From assembly GCA_965277405.1 (NCBI GenBank), contig OZ255726.1, positions 704,001 to 768,000 on the forward strand: a stretch of DNA of 64,000 nt. Direction: 5' to 3'. Source of the DNA: Gammaproteobacteria bacterium (lineage in GTDB: Bacteria > Pseudomonadota > Gammaproteobacteria > G965277405). A program made the position numbers and the translations under genes. A model generated the notes under the pieces. That model made no database searches. It was not told the DNA's origin and saw only the letters and a program-made list of their open reading frames with translations. Positions 23,601-31,652 of this stretch are shown in pieces. Position 1 is the stretch's first letter, and each line of letters begins with the position of its first letter.

Positions 23601-23894
23601 GGAATCTCTGATTAAGTCGCTGATGAAGCGAGTTTACCTGCAATTGCTGATGATTGCAAGGCGCAAACCGCTAAGCGCATGCCGTAGCATATACGCCAAG
23701 GGATGCAACACAGCAAGTACCGCTTGTAGGCAAACCATCATATATTCAATAGAAGGCCGGGAAAAAACGCTGCGCTAACGTCGTTGCAGCACTTGGCAAC
23801 ACCCACAAGACCACCAGTATTATAAAGAGCTGCGTCTAGTTATCATCAGCGTTTTTTCTCCGTCTCGCCCATCATGGACTTAATCAGAGCTTCC
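23601..23894. mobile_element. IS5-type MITE, 294 bp, directly after the gyrA stop codon
   Basis: TIRs GGAATCTCTGATTAAG / CTTAATCAGAGCTTCC; interior homologous to 51825-52064 and 61015-61317; left flank CTAA includes gyrA TAA. Confidence 0.9.
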
Positions 23895-23932
23895 TCAATT
23901 GAAAACAGGTGAAATACCTGACCAATAACCTA

Positions 23933-24268
23933 TTAATGCCTAACCACGCCCTGTGCCAACAAAGTAGTCGCTAGTTGATTTAAGCTCACACCTTCAGTTT
24001 CAGCACGTTTGGCCAGTTGCCGATGCAAACTTTTGGGAATACGTTGAACAAACTGGCCGCTGTAGGTTTTGGGTACAGGCAGTTCTCCTTTGTCTTCCTG
24101 CTCCGCCATAACCCACGCATCAAAAGCATCGTGTGCCTCGGCAAGCGCATCATCAATAGTATCACCATCAGCGATGCAGCCAGGTAAATCAGGAATAAAA
24201 ACCATATGGCCACCACCTTCATCGCTAGGGATGGGGGATACATGGATCGGATAATCTTCAAATTTCAT
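23933..24268 (-). CDS. hicB: HicB antitoxin with C-terminal RHH domain
   Basis: PDLPGCIADGDT..EA; YSGQFVQRIPKSLH..AETEGVSLNQ. Confidence 0.92.
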   Translation of the reverse strand: MKFEDYPIHVSPIPSDEGGGHMVFIPDLPGCIADGDTIDDALAEAHDAFDAWVMAEQEDKGELPVPKTYSGQFVQRIPKSLHRQLAKRAETEGVSLNQLATTLLAQGVVRH

Positions 24269-24498
24269 TGTGTCACCTCAATCAGTTCAACCAAGCGCTT
24301 GATATATAAAGGCTTGATGGGTTTATGCATGGGTACCGTGAGATGCTCGCCATTGGCATTAGTGACGACAGCGTGACTGGTACCTCGCTGGCGCAAAGTG
24401 AGATTAAACGCTTTGCATAGCGTTTTTACATTAGCTGGTGTCCAATCGGCTTGGGGATTGGACTTCATCTGTTGTAGTAGCTTCTCGGCTTTGCCCAT
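24265..24498 (-). CDS. hicA: HicA toxin
   Basis: GTSH catalytic motif, LTVPMHKPIKPLYIK; 4-nt overlap with hicB. Confidence 0.9.
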   Translation of the reverse strand: MGKAEKLLQQMKSNPQADWTPANVKTLCKAFNLTLRQRGTSHAVVTNANGEHLTVPMHKPIKPLYIKRLVELIEVTQ

Positions 24499-24505
24499 GC
24501 TGTAA

Positions 24506-24525
24506 TGATACTAAATATAGTATCA
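24506..24525. promoter_or_regulatory. Palindromic operator over the hicA promoter
   Basis: Perfect TGATACTA-N4-TAGTATCA overlapping a TATCAT -10 box 6 nt before the hicA ATG. Confidence 0.7.
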
Positions 24526-25512
24526 ATGTCCAGCCGTTGTAGCCGTTTCCAGCAGCAGTTGGCTGGTGAAGCCTGAGTCGTTGATGGTGTGCTTGATTTC
24601 AGTCATTAACCAATTCGTGGTGCTGATGGGTGTTTTCCAGCCACTCAGGCGTATCGGTGACTCAGGTATTATATCGGCGCGGCCGGCGGCTAGGGTGAGT
24701 TCCATGGATTGCTGTCCTCGCTGGAGCCGCTGCCATTGTGCCGTAGCTGCAGCTTTGGCCTCTGCTGGGTTTGCATAGGTTTTACGCAGGGTCTGCAAGT
24801 AGCCTGCAGCACCGATAATAACCGATTCTTGGTTGGCATTGGTTGTATCGTTCCAGTGTGCTTTGGTACCGGTATACCGCCCTTGTCGATCAGCTGCGGC
24901 ATAACGGTGGCTGTCGCCATCGGCTCTGGTGAGCGTGATGGTTGGCAAATGTAACCCCGAGACCGTTTTAGAATGACCCATAGGCAGCATGAGTAATGAG
25001 CCATTTTTTACCGTAACAATGGCATCGTGCAGATTAGCTAGTCGAGCAAGCAGGTTGGCGTCAGATTCGTTGGTTTGGTCGAGATGGGGGATGACAATGT
25101 CTTGTAGCGATTCGGTAACTATCGGCTTAAGTGTATGCTCTACGGCAATGGTTTTTACAATCTCTGCTAGTGTTTTCTCATGCCACGAGCGTTCTTTTTG
25201 TTGTTTAAACCCTGCGCGAAAATCAGCACTACGTGCGCGAATAATCAACTTATCTGGACTACCGCTGTGCTCTACTTCATCAACTATAAAGCTACCTTTA
25301 TCAACCAGTGGGGTATCCATCCAGCCTAAATAGCAACGGATGGCTACGCCACGTTTGGGGAAGTTGACTTGTCCGTCATGGTCGCTAATGGTCAGGTCAA
25401 GTTGATCGGCTTCCAAGCCGCGTTTGTCGCTGAGTGTTAATGATATGAGTCGATCTGCTAAACGTGCGCTGATGTCTTCGCTGTTAATGGTTATTTGATA
25501 CGCGGGTTGCAT
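24523..25512 (-). CDS. Phage late control / baseplate hub protein (P2 gpD-like)
   Basis: RLISLTLSDKRGLEADQLDL, KGSFIVDEVEHSG, DQTNESDANLL. Confidence 0.92.
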   Translation of the reverse strand: MQPAYQITINSEDISARLADRLISLTLSDKRGLEADQLDLTISDHDGQVNFPKRGVAIRCYLGWMDTPLVDKGSFIVDEVEHSGSPDKLIIRARSADFRAGFKQQKERSWHEKTLAEIVKTIAVEHTLKPIVTESLQDIVIPHLDQTNESDANLLARLANLHDAIVTVKNGSLLMLPMGHSKTVSGLHLPTITLTRADGDSHRYAAADRQGRYTGTKAHWNDTTNANQESVIIGAAGYLQTLRKTYANPAEAKAAATAQWQRLQRGQQSMELTLAAGRADIIPESPIRLSGWKTPISTTNWLMTEIKHTINDSGFTSQLLLETATTAGH

Positions 25513-25526
25513 GCCAACAACTGGTG

Positions 25527-25973
25527 TTATTGGTGGATACTTTGTTGGACAAGGCTATTAACCTGAGCCGCTAAATTGCCCAACAGGTAGATACTGTCAT
25601 TATCAATACGGGTGAGCTTGAGGCTAAAGTCGATCTTGCGCGACTGGCCGTTTTTAAACAGTAATTGGTGGGTTTCTTCGATGCTGTTGATAATGTATTG
25701 ACCGAGTGTGGCGCCTGTGCCGAGCATAAACAGCCACGATTTGCCACTGGCTTTCATTTCCCGCAGGATATCAAGCGAGACTTTGCCGCCGGTGATTTCT
25801 GGGTAGAGCGTACCTGAGAGAGTGATGGTATCCTCGCCCGGGCCAAGGTGCTGCCAACTGGCGCGAGAACCAACCCGTGCATGACTTGCCCAACGTTCGC
25901 TGTCGCTGCGTTGTAGCTGTTGATAAGAAGCACTGTGCAACGCAAACACAAATAAGCCAAGTGTTGAAAGCAT
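25527..25973 (-). CDS. Phage tail protein (P2 gpU-like)
   Basis: LGLFVF, QHLGPGEDTITLSGTLYPE, KIDFSLKL. Confidence 0.92.
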   Translation of the reverse strand: MLSTLGLFVFALHSASYQQLQRSDSERWASHARVGSRASWQHLGPGEDTITLSGTLYPEITGGKVSLDILREMKASGKSWLFMLGTGATLGQYIINSIEETHQLLFKNGQSRKIDFSLKLTRIDNDSIYLLGNLAAQVNSLVQQSIHQ

Positions 25974-26047
25974 AATAGTATTGCCTATGTTATTTCGTTA
26001 TTACAAAATACTTGTTTTTTTAACAAACTGTTACCACAATATAAGCT

Positions 26048-26317
26048 GTGAACTACACATGGAATAATAGCAAAAGGATTAGCAATCTGCGTAAACATCA
26101 GCTTGATTTTGTGTATGTTGCTTGCTGTGCTTGGCATCAGGCCATTATCATTGCGGATAATCGTAAGGATTACGGTGAGATAAGAGACATTGCTTATATT
26201 CCGTTTTTTCAGCGTCTTACTGTGGTTGTTTTTGTCGAGAACCAAAATAGTAGACGTATTATTTCTTGGCGAAAAGCCAATACACGAGAGGTAATGGCTT
26301 ATGAACAAGCAAAATAA
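26048..26317 (+). CDS. brnT: BrnT family toxin
   Basis: WNNSK..NLRKH..DF, DYGE.R, RIISWRKANTRE. Confidence 0.88.
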   Translation: MNYTWNNSKRISNLRKHQLDFVYVACCAWHQAIIIADNRKDYGEIRDIAYIPFFQRLTVVVFVENQNSRRIISWRKANTREVMAYEQAK

Positions 26318-26579
26318 TGACATCGATGCGCAATTAAAGATTTTAGATAGCATTACGGATAAAGACATCACTGCTGCTGTTGCTCGTGATGCTGATGCGG
26401 CACCGTTACTGTGCGAGACTGATGCGTTAAAGAAAACGCGCGGTACACAAAAAGCACCGACCAAGGTCGCAACAACCATTCGTTTGAGTAACGAGGTGGT
26501 TGAATTTTTTAAATCGAGTGGATCTGGTTGGCAGACACAAATAGATAAGGTGCTAAAAGAATACATTCGTTCACAATGA
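26301..26579 (+). CDS. brnA: BrnA family antitoxin
   Basis: RGTQKAPTK..TIRLSNEVVEFFK..GSGWQTQI..L. Confidence 0.9.
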   Translation: MNKQNNDIDAQLKILDSITDKDITAAVARDADAAPLLCETDALKKTRGTQKAPTKVATTIRLSNEVVEFFKSSGSGWQTQIDKVLKEYIRSQ

Positions 26580-26585
26580 TGCATT

Positions 26586-28237
26586 TTAATCAATCCCGTC
26601 ATACAGTTGGGCGTTTTGCCGCGACGCTTGTTGGTGCTGTTGGTTTGCCAGTTCCTGTGTAACGGCTTTTGCCAGCGCTTGTTCATCCATGCCTGGTGTG
26701 GCGTGGATGGTGATATTGGGGGTGCTGGTATTAGTAACGTGTTGCACGATAGCCGGTTTTGGCTGAATGGGTGTGTACGGTTGCATCTGCCCTCTGCCTG
26801 CTAGGGCTGGGCCGCCTAAACCTATACCCATACTAAGGGCTGCTGCTGTGTTATTGCTGGCAGCAAGGATAGCTTGTAGCTGTGCGTCTGCTGGGGATGG
26901 ACCGCCTACCCCTATACCCATGCTACGAGCTGCTGCTGTGTTGTTGCTGGCAGCAAGGATAGCTTGTAGCTGTGCGTCTGCTGGGGATGGACCACCTACC
27001 CCTATACCCATGCTACGAGCTGCTGCTGTGTTGTTGCTGGCAGCAAGGATAGCTTGTAGCTGTGCGTCTGCTGGGGATGGACCACCTGCCCCTATACCCA
27101 TGCTACGAGCTGCTGCTGTGTTGTTGCTGGCAGCAAGGATAGCTTGTAGCTGTGCGTCTGCTGGGGATGGACCACCTACCCCTATACCCATGCTACGAGC
27201 TGCTGCTATTTTTTTCGCGGTCGCGGGAATGGGTTTTGCTGGAGTTGCTTTTTCCGTTATTTTAACGGTTTTTTCAACATCACTATCGTCACCAAATACC
27301 GCATCCCATACACTGCCGACTGCTTTTGTTGCTGTGCTAATCCAGTCAAACTTGCTTTTTAGCCAGTCGAATATTTCGCCAAACCAGGCGATAATATCAT
27401 CCCAGTTTTTGTAGAGGAGGACTCCTATCGCAATTAACCCAGCAACAGCCGCTATCACCAAACCAATAGGGTTGGCATTCATGGCGATATTCAGCAGCCA
27501 TTGCGTTGCTGTGACTATTTTTGCGACAATTCCCATTTTTGTTAGTACCCAGATCAATCCGCCGAATAGTTTGCTGACCAAGGCTATTATGTCTAATGAG
27601 CTGAGTCCGTAACGGATCATGGCCAACGGTCCCAATATACTGGCCATGGTGAGCGCTATAGCGCCCATGGCCGTAATAAACACGCCGCCGACAGCAACGA
27701 CTTTTAATAGTTGACCCGCCAGCTGTGGGTTTGCTGTTACCCACGCATTTAATTTGCGTGTCAGCGTGGTAATGTGCTGGATCAAGTCGCGTATTGGTCC
27801 ACTGTTGGTGCTGAAAATTGATATCTTGACGGCTTCCCAGGCAGATTCTAAAGATTTCAGGTCGCCACTGGCATTATCGCCCATTTGCGCGGCGATACGT
27901 TTGGCTTCTCCGCGTGCATTTTCTAGCACCTCAATAAACTTAGTAATGCCACCGGCACCGGCATCGCCTACCAGTGAGGCGAAGGCTGCACCTGCTTGCT
28001 TACCTGCTATATCTTTGAAAATGGACAAGCGGTCACCAGCCCCCAATTTTTCGGTTTTTTTGGCGACTTCGCCGAGTATTTCAGGCATGGCAATCATGTT
28101 GCCTTTGGCGTCTCGTGTGGCAATCCCCAATTCTTTAAGTGCATCCATCGCCGGGCCGTGTGTGGCGATATTGTTATACATGGTACGCATCGCTGTACCC
28201 GCCATGCTCCCTTGAATGCCTTTGCTGCCGAGCAGCC
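26586..28237 (-). pseudogene. Tape measure protein, C-terminal remnant (5' part lost at a rearrangement junction near 28238)
   Basis: GIQGSMAGT, MGDNASGDLKSLESAWEA, ANPIGLVIAAVAGL..LYKNWD motifs; upstream of gpU. Confidence 0.85.
26798..27207. repeat. 90-bp tandem repeat, about 4.5 units, in frame within the tape measure gene
   Basis: CCTATACCCA recurs at 26821, 26911, 27001, 27091, 27181; unit encodes AAARSMGIGVGGPSPADAQLQAILAASNNT. Confidence 0.97.
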
Positions 28238-28239
28238 GC

Positions 28240-28746
28240 GTGGGGCGCATCAGCAAGCTCAAACTCGATAATAGCTTGGCGCTGATCAAACCCAACCCAG
28301 CGCTGGATGCACTCAGCGACGCGCAACTAAAAACCCGCTTTTACCAGCAACTCAATATTAACAAAGGTGATTTGTATATTGATAAAGTCGGCGACCCCAT
28401 GTGGGTTGGCGATGAGTTGTTTACCTCAGCCAGTGGACACAGCAAGCTCAAGAAACGCGATCGTCACTTGTATATGGACGAGTTGGCAAAAACCATCAGT
28501 GACCCCGATGAAATATATTTAGAAGTTGAACAATTAGACGAAAAGCGTAGCCGCATTGTCAAAAAAATGTTCCGTTATTTCACGAGCGAAGACGGCAAGC
28601 AAAAAGCACTGATGGCATTGTTTGAATATCAGCAAGACAAAACCATCGGGGTGAGCGTACACGTTATTGATAATCAGGGCGGGGTAGAAAAGCGGCGCAT
28701 ACAACGCCTTGTCTATCAAAAAGTGAGTGAGGCAGTAGGCAGCTAG
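28240..28746 (+). pseudogene. C-terminal part of Mu gpF-like head protein with a PBECR2-like (barnase/RelE-fold) nuclease domain
   Basis: DKVGDPMWVGDELF, KLKKRDRHLYMDELAKTISDPDEIY, ends R..RLVYQK; directly upstream of gpG as in Mu. Confidence 0.65.
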
Positions 28747-28849
28747 TGACTCGACCATTTACCCGGGTGGTAGCTGCTCACACACGTTAGACCGACATTC
28801 TGAACCTCACTATTAGCAAGTATACACCCAAACACGACAAAAGCAAACC

Positions 28850-29308
28850 ATGCAGATAAACGCCCACACCAATATCGATACCGTCCTTAAGGAACTGGCA
28901 GTCATCCAGACCAAAGGCCAGCAGCTGGCGCCACTGTTTGCTGAATTGGCCAACCACCTGTATAACCTAGCCGATGAAACTTTTGAAAATGAAACCAGCC
29001 CAGACGGCAGCCCTTGGCAGCCATTATCACCACAGACCATTGCCCGCAAGGGGCATAGTCGCAAGCTACACGCCAGCGGCCACCTGCGCGAAACCCTGAG
29101 CTTTGCCAGCGATACCCGCTCCGCCACCGTCGGCACCAATGCGGTATCCGTTACAGGCTATCCATACCCCGCCGTCCAGCAATTCGGCACCACAGCCGGC
29201 AAAGTCCCAGCCCGGCCTTTTTTACCCTTCAGCGCTGAAGGGGATTTAATGGCCGAAGCTAGCGACAGCATCCTCACCTTAGTGCATGAGTATTTTGAGG
29301 AGGCTTGA
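28850..29308 (+). CDS. Phage virion morphogenesis protein (Mu gpG-like)
   Basis: FENETSPDGSPWQPLS..T, YPAVQQFG, VPARPFLP. Confidence 0.92.
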   Translation: MQINAHTNIDTVLKELAVIQTKGQQLAPLFAELANHLYNLADETFENETSPDGSPWQPLSPQTIARKGHSRKLHASGHLRETLSFASDTRSATVGTNAVSVTGYPYPAVQQFGTTAGKVPARPFLPFSAEGDLMAEASDSILTLVHEYFEEA

Positions 29309-29333
29309 GCAAAGGCAGCCAGCAAGTCCATTG

Positions 29334-30236
29334 TTAAATAAGCGGCTGTTGTTCGCTGCCTGCAATAAATTCCAACACTTCGAGAATTTTGTAGTCTTCA
29401 TCATACCCTCGTACTGTTTTCTTCTGGGTAATTTGCAACCGGACTTTATAAGTGTCACCAACAACGACCTTGCCACGTTGCATAATATCTACCGCAATTG
29501 ATGTTGCGCTTATATCAAAATACTTAATTTCCTCCTTATATTTAAAGCGCCATTTCTTACTCTTACCATCTAAAATAGGCGCATGAATAACTATGTGGGC
29601 AATAATTTCTTGCTCTTCTGCCAATTCATCTTCCCCCACTGGCAGTCCAGCATCATAAATTTCTTGTGCTTGTGCTGTGTCAATACTGTATGCCTGCTGA
29701 GTATTGCTATTAACTATAGTAATGCTGTCAAGATCATCTTCTGTACGTATGCATTGGCTAAAACGTTGCGCTTGCCGAACAACTTCTTCATTTTCTGCCG
29801 CTTTAAAAAGTTTGTTTGCAATAATATCACAAGTACCGTCTTTATATGTGATTTCAACATTCTCGCCTTTTTTATTTACACCACAACGTTGCTTACGTTT
29901 TTGCAATATGTTCCATATACATATAGGACCAACTGAACCAATGCCAAGCCACTCTATTATCTCTTTGGCAGCGATAACTTCTTCTTTTGCAGTAAATAGC
30001 TTGGCTGTCTTCCAAACATACATACTAAACTCAAGCAACAACGTAACGCAATTTGCTTGTATATCTGCTTTTAAGTTGAGTTTAACGCGAGCATGTTCTT
30101 CATTAACAGTCGCATTGATAGTGCGCAGCATTTCATTAAATGCTAATAGTGACGGTGCAAGGATCGACATGTCAATCGAATGCCCAGATACTGCAGCACC
30201 ATCAAAGCGCAGTAATATGTTATGCCGTTCCGCCAT
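29334..30236 (-). CDS. Hypothetical prophage accessory (moron) protein
   Basis: AT-rich 300-aa ORF convergent on gpG; ATG at 30236 (MAERHNILLRFDG). Confidence 0.7.
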   Translation of the reverse strand: MAERHNILLRFDGAAVSGHSIDMSILAPSLLAFNEMLRTINATVNEEHARVKLNLKADIQANCVTLLLEFSMYVWKTAKLFTAKEEVIAAKEIIEWLGIGSVGPICIWNILQKRKQRCGVNKKGENVEITYKDGTCDIIANKLFKAAENEEVVRQAQRFSQCIRTEDDLDSITIVNSNTQQAYSIDTAQAQEIYDAGLPVGEDELAEEQEIIAHIVIHAPILDGKSKKWRFKYKEEIKYFDISATSIAVDIMQRGKVVVGDTYKVRLQITQKKTVRGYDEDYKILEVLEFIAGSEQQPLI

Positions 30237-30477
30237 AATGTAACCGATTTGAAATTTGAGATAATATCTTAAGGTCTTAGGCTTAGGAACTCCAAGTAAC
30301 AACATTCCCACCATCAATAAAAATAGTATACTTGGCAATCCTACCTTTAAAAAGAACTTAATTTGTTAAAAAAACTACTGATTTATCTAAATACAAGGCT
30401 TAATCTTGGATGGAAACCTTATCAATCATTCAGCAAATCGCAGCACCAAAGCACGTAAACTAGCTGATAAGTTGCAG

Positions 30478-30525
30478 CAGCGTTATTGCTCCGTCTCGCC
30501 CACCATGGGCTTAATCAGAGCTTCC
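30478..30525. mobile_element. Solo right end of the IS5-type MITE
   Basis: CAGCGTTATTGCTCCGTCTCGCCCACCATGGGCTTAATCAGAGCTTCC followed by TTAA. Confidence 0.85.
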
Positions 30526-30728
30526 TTAAGCTGCCGTTTGTGTTGAATGCGCGCGGCTTCTGCTTGGGAATAGCCCGCATTCTTCGCCCAATCAGGGTCG
30601 AAACACTGGGTTTCTAAGGTGTTAAAGCTATAACCGCAGTCATCGCAGCGGCGAAAACGTTCCACCACATACGATTTATCGGTACCAATAACGCGGGTCT
30701 TCTCCCGATGACAATTCGGACACCACAT
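30483..30728 (-). CDS. Phage zinc-ribbon protein resembling the NrdR N-terminus; C-terminus supplied by the MITE end
   Basis: CPNC..TRVI..RFRRCDDCGYSFNTLE; ends EALIKPMVGETEQ read from MITE sequence. Confidence 0.75.
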   Translation of the reverse strand: MWCPNCHREKTRVIGTDKSYVVERFRRCDDCGYSFNTLETQCFDPDWAKNAGYSQAEAARIQHKRQLKEALIKPMVGETEQ

Positions 30729-30731
30729 GCA

Positions 30732-31133
30732 TCACATCCGCTTAATTGCGGCCAGCAAACCACCGGCCTGCTGGCGCGTTAGCGCATGCAAATTAAGCAA
30801 CAGCAGCCCAGTATTGTTGCGCGCAAAATTCAGCAGGCTGCTTTCATCCGGGCAGCGAGCGCGTTGCTGCCACAATGCCCGCATATAATTCACCTGGTTA
30901 TCACTTACATACTCTGCCGCGCTCTGCGTTTTGCCGTTGAGAAAATCCAACAGCTTAATCAATTGGTCAATCCGTAAATCAGCAGAGGAACGTTTACCAA
31001 AACCGCGCTGCAACAGCTCCTGCCAACTTGAGCGGTCATGTTGATACATATCCACATACACCGCTGATATGTGGATTTGACCAAGCAGCGCCTTGCGGTA
31101 GTGCTGTTGCTTGGCTGATAATGCTTTCGCCAT
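30732..31133 (-). CDS. Mu gp16/GemA-like (DUF1018) protein
   Basis: LLGQIHI, GKRSSADL...L..L, Q..YMRALW, LTRQQA..L..IKRM. Confidence 0.75.
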   Translation of the reverse strand: MAKALSAKQQHYRKALLGQIHISAVYVDMYQHDRSSWQELLQRGFGKRSSADLRIDQLIKLLDFLNGKTQSAAEYVSDNQVNYMRALWQQRARCPDESSLLNFARNNTGLLLLNLHALTRQQAGGLLAAIKRM

Positions 31134-31148
31134 AATAAATTAAATCAA

Positions 31149-31217
31149 TGTGTTGGTATAGCCAGACTGCAATCAGGCTATAGCAACACACTTATAACCC
31201 CGCCGGCGGCGGGGTTA
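31149..31217. terminator. Two adjacent hairpins between lysozyme and gp16
   Basis: TGTGTTG-G-TATAGCC/GGCTATA-G-CAACACA (31149-31190) and TAACCCCGCC/GGCGGGGTTA (31195-31217). Confidence 0.5.
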
Positions 31218-31229
31218 AGTGCTACGCGG

Positions 31230-31646
31230 CTACAAATGCCCCGCGCGCATAATCTCCGCTAATCGAGTTGCCCGCGCTCCCACCTGTGCCGCCCAGCGGC
31301 TATCGAGCATCTGCTTGGCTGTCTCAACATAATCCTGTGTTGCCAGCGCGCCGATCATCCGCTTAAATTTCAACAGTCGCGACAACCCTAAGTTAAAACA
31401 CATGTCCATCATTACCGCTTTCCGGGCGTCGTTTAACCCGCTAAACCATGCACAATTACCCAGTTGCTGATCAACCAACTCGATGTCTGCTGCCAACATA
31501 TACTCAGCCTCATTCTGGCTAATGCCGTTATCGTCTAAATTGCGGCCGTAGCCAATCGTGGTTTTGCCCGCACTACATTCATACAACCTTAGGCGTAGCC
31601 CTTCATGGCGTTTAATCATTGCTGCTGCTGTTTCTAAATACATCAT
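31230..31646 (-). CDS. Phage lysozyme (GH24/T4-like)
   Basis: HEGLRL..Y.CSAGKTTIGYGRNL, MCFNLG, MLDSRWAAQVGARA.RL. Confidence 0.9.
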   Translation of the reverse strand: MMYLETAAAMIKRHEGLRLRLYECSAGKTTIGYGRNLDDNGISQNEAEYMLAADIELVDQQLGNCAWFSGLNDARKAVMMDMCFNLGLSRLLKFKRMIGALATQDYVETAKQMLDSRWAAQVGARATRLAEIMRAGHL

Positions 31647-31652
31647 CTTCTC

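Noticed and set aside
23618-23675. CTGATGA motifs in the MITE suggesting a hammerhead ribozyme
   Set aside because: A stem follows the second CTGATGA, but the required GAAA core is missing in all three long copies
23895-23932. Second Mu end near gyrA
   Set aside because: No clear TG terminus or copy of the CATTTCAAACGCA motif; only a short CAGGT/ACCTG hairpin that may terminate hicAB
26798-27207. Tandem array as a CRISPR or DGR template
   Set aside because: Units are contiguous and near-identical with no unique spacers, in frame with a gene; no cas or reverse transcriptase gene in the window
26767-27414. 215-aa plus-strand repetitive ORF
   Set aside because: Antisense shadow of the tape-measure repeat; no independent coding signal
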